DNA from: an uncultured Aquificales bacterium
Lineage (GTDB): Bacteria > Thermosulfidibacterota > Thermosulfidibacteria > Thermosulfidibacterales > Thermosulfidibacteraceae
NCBI GenBank assembly: GCA_964453345.1
Contig: CAYVOC010000008.1
Coordinates: 1-23,914, forward strand
Reading direction: 5' to 3'
Length of the DNA: 23,914 bases
Shown: positions 9,507 through 18,169 of the stretch, piece by piece
Layout of the letters: each line of letters starts with the position of its first letter
Position numbering within the stretch: position 1 is the stretch's first letter
The notes under the pieces: model-generated
What the model was told of the DNA's origin: nothing
Databases searched by the model: none
The model's input: the letters and a program-made list of their open reading frames with translations, nothing else
Translations under genes and position numbers: made by a program

Positions 9507-10582
9507 CTCACCTTGAGCGTGGAAAGTCCTATCAGAACAAATATCAAGGAGACTATCCAGAACCTGACTATTATCTTGGGTTCAGGCACCCCCTGCTTCT
9601 CCACATGATGATGAAAGGGCGCCATCTTGAAAAATCTCTTACCACCTGTGGCCTTAAAGTAGGCAACCTGTATTATAACCGAAAGGGTCTCTATGACAAA
9701 GACACCGCCAAAGATTGGCAGAAGCAACTCGTGCTTGGTGGCAAGGGCAATGGTTCCCAGAAGGGCGCCCAAGGAAAGGGATCCCGTATCGCCCATAAAG
9801 ACCTCCGCCGGATGAGCGTTGAACCACAAAAAACCCAGCCCCGCCCCCACAACGGCCGCAGCGACAACCGCAACCTCACCCACCCCCGGCAGGTAGAATA
9901 TGTGCAGATAGTGGGCAAACTTCACATGCCCTGAAAGATAGGCGATAAGCGCATAGGCGCCCGCGCACATTGATACGGGAACTATGGCGAGGCCATCCAG
10001 CCCATCGGTAAGATTGACCGCATTGGAGGTAGCCACAATCACAAAGACAGCAAAGGGAATATAAAAAAGCCCCAGATCCGGCGTGAGCCTTTTAAAAAAG
10101 GGCATCTGGATCCTGGTGGCCTTATCCCCCATCACCAGAACCAGGGCAACTGCAACGATGCTCGCAAGAACAAGCTGCCCCAAAAACTTCTTCTTGGCCC
10201 CTATCCCGTCGGGGTTCTTCCTCTTCACCTTCAGATAATCGTCCCAGAAGCCCAGAGCGCCAAAGGAAACCAGAGAAAAGATGGACACGGCAACATAGGG
10301 GTTTGAAAGATCGCCCCATATCAGAAGGGCGAAGAGAATGGAAGCTATAATAAAAAGCCCACCCATGGTGGGAGTGCCCGCCTTAGCTCTGTGCTCCTCA
10401 ACATAGTCCCTGACCACCTGCCCCAGTTTAAAGCGCCTCAACCTCTCAATGGCCCAGGGACCCACAAGCAGACAGAAAACCAGGGCCGTAAGCAGGGCAT
10501 AGGTAACCCGAAAGGTGACATAGTGAACAACATTGAAGGGGGAAAAATAATCCCTCAAAGAGTAGATCAGCTTCCAAAGCAC
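9503..10582 (-). CDS. mraY: phospho-N-acetylmuramoyl-pentapeptide transferase
   Basis: GTPTMGG, WDDYLK, NAVNLTDGLDGL, FMGDTGSL and MAPFHHH motifs; many hydrophobic helices. Confidence 0.97.
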   Translation of the reverse strand: MLWKLIYSLRDYFSPFNVVHYVTFRVTYALLTALVFCLLVGPWAIERLRRFKLGQVVRDYVEEHRAKAGTPTMGGLFIIASILFALLIWGDLSNPYVAVSIFSLVSFGALGFWDDYLKVKRKNPDGIGAKKKFLGQLVLASIVAVALVLVMGDKATRIQMPFFKRLTPDLGLFYIPFAVFVIVATSNAVNLTDGLDGLAIVPVSMCAGAYALIAYLSGHVKFAHYLHIFYLPGVGEVAVVAAAVVGAGLGFLWFNAHPAEVFMGDTGSLSLGALLGTIALATKHELLLPIFGGVFVIETLSVIIQVAYFKATGGKRFFKMAPFHHHVEKQGVPEPKIIVRFWIVSLIFVLIGLSTLKVR

Positions 10583-11898
10583 CTTCTCACTCCCTCAACA
10601 ACCCTCTCCATCCTCATTCCCCGGGATCCCTTAACAAGCACCACCCATCCTCCATCCACCTCCCCCACCAAGCGCTCAACCGCCTCCTCGTGGGATTCAC
10701 AGTGGACGCCCCTTCCCCCGAGGGCGACAAACTCCTCAAGACTCAAGCGGGCATCTTTACCAATAGTCACCATAAAATCAACTCCCGAGGCGAAGGCACG
10801 CCTCCCTATCTGTCTGTGAAGCTCTCCACTATCCCTCCCCAGCTCAAGCATATCACCAAAAACAAAGGCCCGCTTTTTCTTCACCTTCGAAAGATACATA
10901 AGGGCCGCCGATGTGGACAGGGGATTTGCATTGTAGGTATCGTCTATAACGAGCAGATCCCCCAGCCTGATAAGCTTGAACCTTCCCTCAACAGGCTCAA
11001 ACTCTGTAAGCCTATTTAAAGCATCCTCCGGATCCACCCCCAGCCTTGCAGCAACAAGCACAGCCACAAGGGCATCAAAGCCCATGTGATCACCGCAGAA
11101 GGAAAAAACTCCCTCATACACCGATCCACCTATAACAAACCTGAACAGGCCCGGCTCAGTCTCCACCACGTAAAAGCCGCTCGAGGGCGTTCCCACCCCA
11201 ACAAACTCCACACCCCTCTCGGCGCACACAGCAAAGGCCCTGTCCGCGAAGGGAGAAGCATCGGGGAAGAAGAGCACCCTTGTCCTATCCCCCACTATCG
11301 AAATCTTCTCCTCAAAAACCCCCTCAACGCTTCCCAAACCCTCAAGGTGAGACTCAGCGATGGAAGTAACCACAGCTATATCGGGCATGCATATATCCGA
11401 AAGCCGGGCTATCTCACCCTTCGCATTGGTCCCCATCTCCGCAACAAAGATCTGGGTATTGCAGGGCATATTCCCCAGATTCAGGGGCACCCCCACAAGA
11501 TTATTCTGGTTTCCCGATGTGGCAGCAACCCTGAAGGATCCTGCAAGTATCCTGATAAGCATCTCCTTGGTGGTGGTCTTCCCAGAAGAACCGGTTATAC
11601 CCACCACAATCGGATCAACAGACAACCTCCAGCGCTTGGCAACCTCACCAAGGGCAAAGAGGGTATCCTCAACCCGAAATAGTCTTTCCCCGATTCCCCT
11701 CTCCACCACCCCACAGATCGCACCCTTCTCAAGGGCCTGATCCACAAAGTCGTGCCCGTCAAACCTCTCCCCCTTCAGGGCGAAAAAGACCTTGCCCTCA
11801 CAATCCCCCCTGGAATCCACACAGACCCCTGAAAAATCCCCATCAACCGGGGATTCCACCCACTCTCCAAGACCCCTGAGAATATCCACGACCCTCAT
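10567..11898 (-). CDS. murF: UDP-N-acetylmuramoyl-tripeptide--D-alanyl-D-alanine ligase
   Basis: DSR, FFALKGERFDGHDF, GITGSSGKTTTK, DDTYNANP, GDMLELG and LVKGSRG motifs. I prefer the in-frame ATG at 11898 over the track's GTG at 11961, because the latter would lie upstream of the predicted promoter. Confidence 0.93.
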   Translation of the reverse strand: MRVVDILRGLGEWVESPVDGDFSGVCVDSRGDCEGKVFFALKGERFDGHDFVDQALEKGAICGVVERGIGERLFRVEDTLFALGEVAKRWRLSVDPIVVGITGSSGKTTTKEMLIRILAGSFRVAATSGNQNNLVGVPLNLGNMPCNTQIFVAEMGTNAKGEIARLSDICMPDIAVVTSIAESHLEGLGSVEGVFEEKISIVGDRTRVLFFPDASPFADRAFAVCAERGVEFVGVGTPSSGFYVVETEPGLFRFVIGGSVYEGVFSFCGDHMGFDALVAVLVAARLGVDPEDALNRLTEFEPVEGRFKLIRLGDLLVIDDTYNANPLSTSAALMYLSKVKKKRAFVFGDMLELGRDSGELHRQIGRRAFASGVDFMVTIGKDARLSLEEFVALGGRGVHCESHEEAVERLVGEVDGGWVVLVKGSRGMRMERVVEGVRRCFGS

Positions 11899-11906
11899 CC
11901 CACCAA

Positions 11907-11936
11907 AGGCTATTCCCCATCCAACCAGATTGTCAA
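11907..11936 (-). promoter_or_regulatory. putative sigma70 promoter of the mur/ftsZ operon
   Basis: Minus-strand TTGACA (11931-11936), 18-nt spacer, TAGCCT (11907-11912). The same -10 hexamer occurs in the lpxC promoter. Confidence 0.55.
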
Positions 11937-11968
11937 GAAAGCCCACCCGCTTCCGTCCCACCCTCCCC

Positions 11969-11997
11969 TTGACAGGGGGAGATTGCCGGGGTATTTT
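11969..11997 (+). promoter_or_regulatory. sigma70 promoter of the leu leader and leuA
   Basis: TTGACA (11969-11974), 17-nt spacer, TATTTT (11992-11997), just upstream of the AGGAGG at 12007-12012. Confidence 0.7.
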
Positions 11998-12017
11998 CCA
12001 AGCTCAAGGAGGATGAA

Positions 12018-12095
12018 ATGGTGTTTGTGAAAATTTATAAAAATTTATCCTTGCTTAACCTGCTACTGCTTAGGTGCGCCCGTCCGGGGCCCTGA
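12018..12095 (+). CDS. leuL: Leu-rich leader peptide MVFVKIYKNLSLLNLLLLRCARPGP (25 aa)
   Basis: AGGAGG at 12007-12012, 5 nt before the ATG. Seven Leu codons within nine positions (TTA TCC TTG CTT AAC CTG CTA CTG CTT). Directly upstream of attenuator hairpins and leuA. Confidence 0.85.
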   Translation: MVFVKIYKNLSLLNLLLLRCARPGP

Positions 12096-12189
12096 ATATA
12101 CAGGGGCCACGGGCGGGCTTCCGTCCGTGGCCCCTTTGAAGGCCTTCAAGGGGTCATGGGCTAAAAGGCTCATGGCCCCTTTTTTATTT
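12077..12189 (+). promoter_or_regulatory. leucine transcription attenuator with alternative hairpins
   Basis: Pairings seen by eye: A(12077-12094):B(12101-12115), B(12102-12116):C(12121-12135), C(12123-12140):D(12145-12161), D(12148-12161):E(12168-12181). Confidence 0.8.
12148..12189 (+). terminator. intrinsic terminator of the attenuator
   Basis: Stem AAGGGGTCATGGGC / GCTCATGGCCCCTT (two G-U pairs) with loop TAAAAG, running into a U tract TTTTTTATTT (12180-12189). Confidence 0.85.
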
Positions 12190-12220
12190 GGGAGAAAACA
12201 AATCAAGAGGAGGTAGTGAA

Positions 12221-13777
12221 ATGGAAAGGGTTTACATCTTTGACACAACCCTCAGGGACGGAGAACAGGCACCGGGGTTCTCCATGAACCTCAACGAAAA
12301 GCTCATAGTGGCAAAACAGCTCGCAAGATTGGGAGTTGATGTGATAGAGGCCGGATTCCCAGCCTCGTCCCCCGGCGATTTTGAATCCGTGAGAAAGATA
12401 GCGGAAACGGTTAAGGGACCGGCCATAGCGGGACTCTGCCGCGCCGTCAAAAGGGACATCGAAATCGGAGCCGAGGCCCTTGCCCCCGCCGAAAGAAAGC
12501 GCATCCACACCTTCATCGCCACAAGCGAAATCCACATGAAATACAAGCTCAAAATGGACCCTGAAGAGGTGCTTGAAAGGGCCGTTGAAGCCGTGAAATT
12601 TGCAAGAAGATTCACCGACGATGTGGAATTCTCGGCGGAAGACGCCACAAGAAGCGATATCGATTTTCTCTGCCGCATAATTGAAGCGGTAATAGACGCG
12701 GGAGCCACGGTTGTAAACATACCGGACACGGTGGGCTACGCCATCCCCAGCGAATTTAAGGAGCGCATAGCCCAGATAATGAACAGGGTCCCCAACATAG
12801 ACAAGGCCATTGTAAGCGTTCACTGCCACAACGATCTCGGCCTTGCGGTTGCCAACTCCCTTGCAGCCATCGAAGCAGGGGCAAGGCAGGTTGAGTGCAC
12901 CATAAACGGCATAGGAGAGAGGGCCGGGAACGCCGCCCTTGAGGAGATCGTTATGGCCATCCACACAAGGAAGGATCTCTTCAACCTCACAACGGGCATA
13001 AACACCAAGGAGATATACAGAACCAGCAAGCTTGTGTCGCATGTAACCGGAGTCCACGTTCAGCCCAACAAGGCCATCGTGGGCAAAAACGCCTTTGCCC
13101 ATGAGGCCGGCATCCACCAGCACGGTGTGCTTGAGAATCCCCTCACCTACGAGATCATGAAGCCGGAAACGGTGGGCTTCCCATCCTCAAGGCTTGTTCT
13201 CGGGAAACACTCCGGAAGGCATGCCCTTAAGCAAAAGCTTGAACAGCTCGGCTTCACCGAGATAACGGAGGAACAGCTCAACAGGATCTTTGAAAGGGTG
13301 AAGGTCCTTGCGGACAGAAAGAAGGAGGTCTTCGACGACGACATAATGATCATCGCCCAGGAAGAGATCTTCTCACTGCCCGTCAAAACCTACGAGCTCG
13401 AATACATACACACCACAAGTGGAAACAGGGTGCTTCCAACCGCCACCGTTCGTCTCAGAAGGGGAGATGAGATCCTTCAAGATTCCGCCATAGGAGACGG
13501 ACCCATTGATGCATCCTACAAGGCCATCGACAGAATCACGGGCATACCGGGCAAACTTGTATCCTACCAGATACGGGCCGTTACCCAGGGTAAGGACGCC
13601 ATAGGCGAGGTAACGGTAAGGGTCAGGTTCAACGGAACAGAGGTTGTGGGCAAGGGAAGCAGCGTTGACATCATAGAGGCATCGGTTAAGGCCTACATAA
13701 ATGCCGTTAACAAGTATCTCTACAGAAGGGAGCTTGAAGCTCAGGGAGTGCAGCTTCCCGCCTACGAAATTTCTTGA
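12221..13777 (+). CDS. leuA: 2-isopropylmalate synthase
   Basis: [31 protein letters not shown] and a C-terminal regulatory domain (GDGPIDA). ATG at 12221 follows GAGGAGG at 12207-12213. Confidence 0.95.
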   Translation: MERVYIFDTTLRDGEQAPGFSMNLNEKLIVAKQLARLGVDVIEAGFPASSPGDFESVRKIAETVKGPAIAGLCRAVKRDIEIGAEALAPAERKRIHTFIATSEIHMKYKLKMDPEEVLERAVEAVKFARRFTDDVEFSAEDATRSDIDFLCRIIEAVIDAGATVVNIPDTVGYAIPSEFKERIAQIMNRVPNIDKAIVSVHCHNDLGLAVANSLAAIEAGARQVECTINGIGERAGNAALEEIVMAIHTRKDLFNLTTGINTKEIYRTSKLVSHVTGVHVQPNKAIVGKNAFAHEAGIHQHGVLENPLTYEIMKPETVGFPSSRLVLGKHSGRHALKQKLEQLGFTEITEEQLNRIFERVKVLADRKKEVFDDDIMIIAQEEIFSLPVKTYELEYIHTTSGNRVLPTATVRLRRGDEILQDSAIGDGPIDASYKAIDRITGIPGKLVSYQIRAVTQGKDAIGEVTVRVRFNGTEVVGKGSSVDIIEASVKAYINAVNKYLYRRELEAQGVQLPAYEIS

Positions 13778-13781
13778 GAAA

Positions 13782-13805
13782 GGAAGGGGCATGTTAGCCC
13801 CTTCC
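13782..13805. terminator. hairpin between convergent leuA and the apgM-like gene
   Basis: GGAAGGGGC-atgtta-GCCCCTTCC, a 9-bp perfect stem. There is only a short T run, on the minus-strand side. Confidence 0.6.
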
Positions 13806-13811
13806 ACCACC

Positions 13812-14942
13812 CTAAACGGTTCTGCAGAAAAACCCTATGTAGGAGAAAATGGTGAGCAAAAGCTCCCTTCCCCTCATAACTCCCAGGGAGCCGGAACCTG
13901 CCAAGGCCTCATCAAACTTGGAAGTCATCCCCCTTCTAACACCCTCACCCATCATTATCACGGGAACCGGCAGACCGGAACACGGCCTGTATCCAATGCT
14001 GGGAACCGTAACATCCGAGGTTATCACCACAAAGACGTCCTCTTTCACATAGCTGTCAAGAATGATGCTGCAGGCTGCATCCACCTCCTCTATAGCCTCC
14101 ACCCTCTTCCACGCCCTGGTCTGTATATTGGAGCGGTGTATGTAGTCGGTGTATATAAAAACACCATCTCTCTTTTCCAGCTCTTTAAAAGCATCTATCA
14201 ACGCCTTGGTGAGCCAGCCCTTCAAATCCTCGGACGGCTCATAAACACAGGCACCGCCCATCCATTCAACCATTCCCTTAAAGAAGGTGGAATCCGTGTA
14301 GAAGAGCATGTCCATGGGGAATCCCCTGCCATGATAGGGGGTATACCTTCCACACCCGTAGAAGAGCAGCCTGTTCAGGGGCTGCAATCCCTTCTGCAAC
14401 CTTGGAAGATTCCCCTCCCACTTCTCAGGTAGCCTCGCTTCCTCGGGCAACTCCTCCTCAGAAACCCTCCCTCCCACAACACCAGGATGGCTGCAGGAAA
14501 CCGCATTCATCTCTTCAATCAGATAGAGGCCCTTCTCAAGCCTCTCCACCCTGTCGAAGTTCTCCTTCAAAAAGGCAAAGAAAGAGCTTTCGTCCTCATC
14601 TCCCTCAAAGGTTCTGCTCTCCACAAGGACCCCGTTCTCCACGAAGGCGGGCTCGGCCATAAAGTAAACCCTGCCGGACTCCAGCTCAATTCCCCTGGCC
14701 AGAGCCTCAAAGGAAGCCCTGCCCGGAAAGGCCTCCGGAGGATTCCCAAGCATTATATAGAGCGAATACTCAGGGGTAACAGGCTCACCGAGGCTTGTGG
14801 GATGATACAGACCGCATCCCCCCAGCATGGCGAGATGATCGAGGTTCGGGGTTTTGGCCACCTGCAGGGGAGTTCTCCTGCCCAGGCCATCAACGGCATG
14901 ATCGGCCAGCCCACCTACCACAACCACAAGAACCTTCTGCAT
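13812..14942 (-). CDS. ApgM / archaeal-type cofactor-independent phosphoglycerate mutase-like protein with a degenerate active site
   Basis: GLAD..LGRRTPLQVAKTPNLDHLA, GR..FEALARG, KRVEAIEEVD, PVP and FDE...GSLG motifs. ATG at 14942 follows GGAGGG. Confidence 0.8.
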   Translation of the reverse strand: MQKVLVVVVGGLADHAVDGLGRRTPLQVAKTPNLDHLAMLGGCGLYHPTSLGEPVTPEYSLYIMLGNPPEAFPGRASFEALARGIELESGRVYFMAEPAFVENGVLVESRTFEGDEDESSFFAFLKENFDRVERLEKGLYLIEEMNAVSCSHPGVVGGRVSEEELPEEARLPEKWEGNLPRLQKGLQPLNRLLFYGCGRYTPYHGRGFPMDMLFYTDSTFFKGMVEWMGGACVYEPSEDLKGWLTKALIDAFKELEKRDGVFIYTDYIHRSNIQTRAWKRVEAIEEVDAACSIILDSYVKEDVFVVITSDVTVPSIGYRPCSGLPVPVIMMGEGVRRGMTSKFDEALAGSGSLGVMRGRELLLTIFSYIGFFCRTV

Positions 14943-14953
14943 ACATCCCTCCA

Positions 14954-14982
14954 TTGACGAAACCTGCAACTGCTGCTAACCT
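14954..14982 (+). promoter_or_regulatory. sigma70 promoter of the glyQ operon with extended -10
   Basis: TTGACG (14954-14959), 17-nt spacer, TGC-TAACCT (14974-14982). GGGGAGGT Shine-Dalgarno precedes the GTG at 15013. Confidence 0.6.
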
Positions 14983-15012
14983 CCTATAACAAAGCCTTGA
15001 GGGGAGGTAAAG

Positions 15013-15896
<884 letters not shown>

Positions 15897-15900
<4 letters not shown>

Positions 15901-17120
15901 CCATGTCCCCAGCAGGTTATTCCCTCGCGCTATCGGCGGCCATTGTAATCCTGTTGCTTCTGCTTGAGGGCTTCTTCTCCGGGACGGAGATCGCCCTGCT
16001 GTCCCTTCCCCCCATCAAGGCCAAAAACCCCAAGGTCCTGTTCTTCCTCAAAAACACGGAAAGGCTCCTTGCAACAACCCTTCTCGGAACGAACCTCTGC
16101 GTCATAGCCAACTCATCATACGTCACATACATACTGAGAAAATACTGGGGCATTGAGAACGAGATATACACCGTTCTCATCCTCTCCCCCCTCGTCCTTA
16201 TCATCGGCGAGACCATCCCAAAAACCATAGCCAAAAACAGGCCGGAAGCCCTCATAAACGCAAACATTGAGCTTTTCACCATGGCATACAAAATCCTGAG
16301 TCCCCTCAGCGCCCCCTTCACCCAGCTTCTGAAGCTCATGGGGCAGGAGGGGATAAAAAGGGAGCTGACCATCAAGAGGGAGGATCTGCCCCACATAATA
16401 GACACCCGCCAAAAAACGGACATCAAAGAGGGAGAAAAGAGGCTCATTGAATCCATACTGAGGCTGAGGGAGATAAGGGCCAAGGAGATAATGAAGCCCA
16501 TAATAAAGGTGAGAACCCTCGAGGTTCACCATACGGTGAAAATGGCAGTGGAAACCTTCAACCAGACAGGCTACACGCGTCTGCCCGTCTACGAGGAGCA
16601 CATCTACAACATAAAGGGCATCGTCAACGTATTTGACCTCATAGAGGCGCCCCTTGAAGAAGAAGTCGGAAGATACATCAAAAAAGCCCTTTTCGTTCCA
16701 GAGACGGAAACCGCCTGGAGCATACTGAAGCAGATGCAGAATCAGAAGCTGCCCTTGGCCATAGTGGTGGATGAATACGGGGCAGCCTCCGGACTTATAA
16801 CCGTCGAGGATACCCTCGAAGAGCTGGTGGGGGAGATAGCCGACGAGTATGATCTATTCTCAGGCGTTGGGGAAATTGTGGAGATCGACGGCAGCTGCTA
16901 TATTATCCCGGCCGACATACCCGTGGACGAGGTATGCGAGAAGATAAAGGTGGAGCTTCCCAAAAGGGAAGCCTACGAAACCCTGTCGGGGCTTCTGATG
17001 TATATGCTCGACAGGGTTCCCAAGGTGGGAGACAAAATCAGCATCGACGGGATCGAGCTTGAAGTCATTGAGGCTGACGAGAAGAAGGTGAAGAAGGTGA
17101 AGCTATGGAAAAGAAGCTGA
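15897..17120 (+). CDS. CNNM/CorB (hemolysin-family) transporter: DUF21 + CBS pair + CorC_HlyC
   Basis: [61 protein letters not shown] and YETLSG motifs. ATG at 15897 overlaps the glyQ stop (ATGA). Confidence 0.9.
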
Positions 17121-18169
17121 AAGAGTTGATAGACAGGGTAAAAAAGGGAAACCACACCCAGCAGGACATCGTTATCCTTTCCGAAATTGCAAGAAACGCA
17201 TTGAAATACATGGTGGAAAAGAACATACCCGTAATTCCTGAAAACTACCAGCTCTGGTTCTACACCTTCGGAACCCTTATAGCGCAGGGGCACAAAAGGC
17301 CAACAGAAGAGGAACTTGTAAAAACCTACAACAGAATCTGCAAGGAGCTTAAAAGCAGCATATCCATTGATGTTCTCCACAAAATCCAGCAGAGAACCAG
17401 AGAAATCCTGCACAACAGCAGCAATCTCATAGCGACAAGCGTAAACCTATTAGAGGAGTTTGACGACAAGCTCAACCTCATAACGGAAAGGACAAAGCAG
17501 CTTGAAGAGAACAAGGATCTGAAGAATCTCATATCCGTCTTGACAGAGGAGATTCACGAACTAAGAAAAGAAAATAGGACCCTTACTTCCGAGCTGAGAA
17601 ACGCATCCAAGAGACTTGCTCAGCTACACGAAAAGTTGGCCATGCATGTTGAGCAGGCATCAACGGACTTCTTAACCAAGGTTTTAACAAGGGGGGCCTT
17701 TGAAAGGCTGCTGACCCTGAAACTCGACAACCTCAAAAAGACCGGTGTGCCCTTCTCCCTCATCATGATAGATCCCGACAACTTCAAAAAAATAAACGAC
17801 AACTACGGGCATCTTGCCGGCGATGAGGTGCTCAAAACCCTCGCCTTCACCCTGAAGCTCGCCGTGAGAGAGGACGACATAGTGGCAAGATACGGAGGGG
17901 ACGAATTTGCAGTGGTTGTATCCTCCCACCTTGACGAGGCGGTAAAGATAGCCGAAAGGCTCAAAAGCAACATAGAAAAGCTCAGGATCCTGTGGAACGA
18001 CCTTGAACTGAGGATAACCGCATCCTTCGGCATTGCCCAGGCCCGGCACGAGGACACCGTCACCTCCCTCATACACAGGGCGGACAGAGCCCTCTATTTG
18101 GCCAAAAGATCCGGAAAGAACACCATCAAGACCGAAAGAGATCTGGAAGATGAAAATCCTTCTTCTTGA
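17105..18169 (+). CDS. cytoplasmic diguanylate cyclase (GGDEF)
   Basis: TDFLT, DPDNFKKINDNYGHLAGD, I-site REDD, RYGGDEF and ADRALY.AK.SGKN motifs. The N-terminal region is helical/coiled-coil with PENYQLWF. Confidence 0.92.
   Translation: MEKKLKELIDRVKKGNHTQQDIVILSEIARNALKYMVEKNIPVIPENYQLWFYTFGTLIAQGHKRPTEEELVKTYNRICKELKSSISIDVLHKIQQRTREILHNSSNLIATSVNLLEEFDDKLNLITERTKQLEENKDLKNLISVLTEEIHELRKENRTLTSELRNASKRLAQLHEKLAMHVEQASTDFLTKVLTRGAFERLLTLKLDNLKKTGVPFSLIMIDPDNFKKINDNYGHLAGDEVLKTLAFTLKLAVREDDIVARYGGDEFAVVVSSHLDEAVKIAERLKSNIEKLRILWNDLELRITASFGIAQARHEDTVTSLIHRADRALYLAKRSGKNTIKTERDLEDENPSS

Noticed and set aside
12013-12030. Mini-ORF MKWCL* overlapping the leader start
   Set aside because: Its ATG abuts the SD with no spacing, whereas the ATG at 12018 is well spaced and opens the Leu-rich frame.
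12030-12048. Short tandem repeat AAAATTTAT-A-AAAATTTAT
   Set aside because: Only two copies, inside the leader ORF. It is best explained as an unstructured AT-rich 5' coding stretch, not an array or iteron.
12000-12190. T-box riboswitch interpretation of the leuA leader
   Set aside because: There is no TGGnACC T-box motif before the terminator and no Stem I-like region. The leader peptide explains the structure.
12188-12220. ORF-track TTG start of leuA at 12188
   Set aside because: It falls in the terminator U tract with no SD. The ATG at 12221 has GAGGAGG and matches the usual LeuA N-terminus.
12203-13123. 306-aa ORF antisense to leuA
   Set aside because: It lies opposite a highly conserved gene and has no recognisable motif, as expected for a codon-bias shadow.
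18033-18149. N-terminal extension of the C45 ORF
   Set aside because: Pro-rich out-of-frame read of the DGC 3' end. The ATG at 18150 is more plausible.
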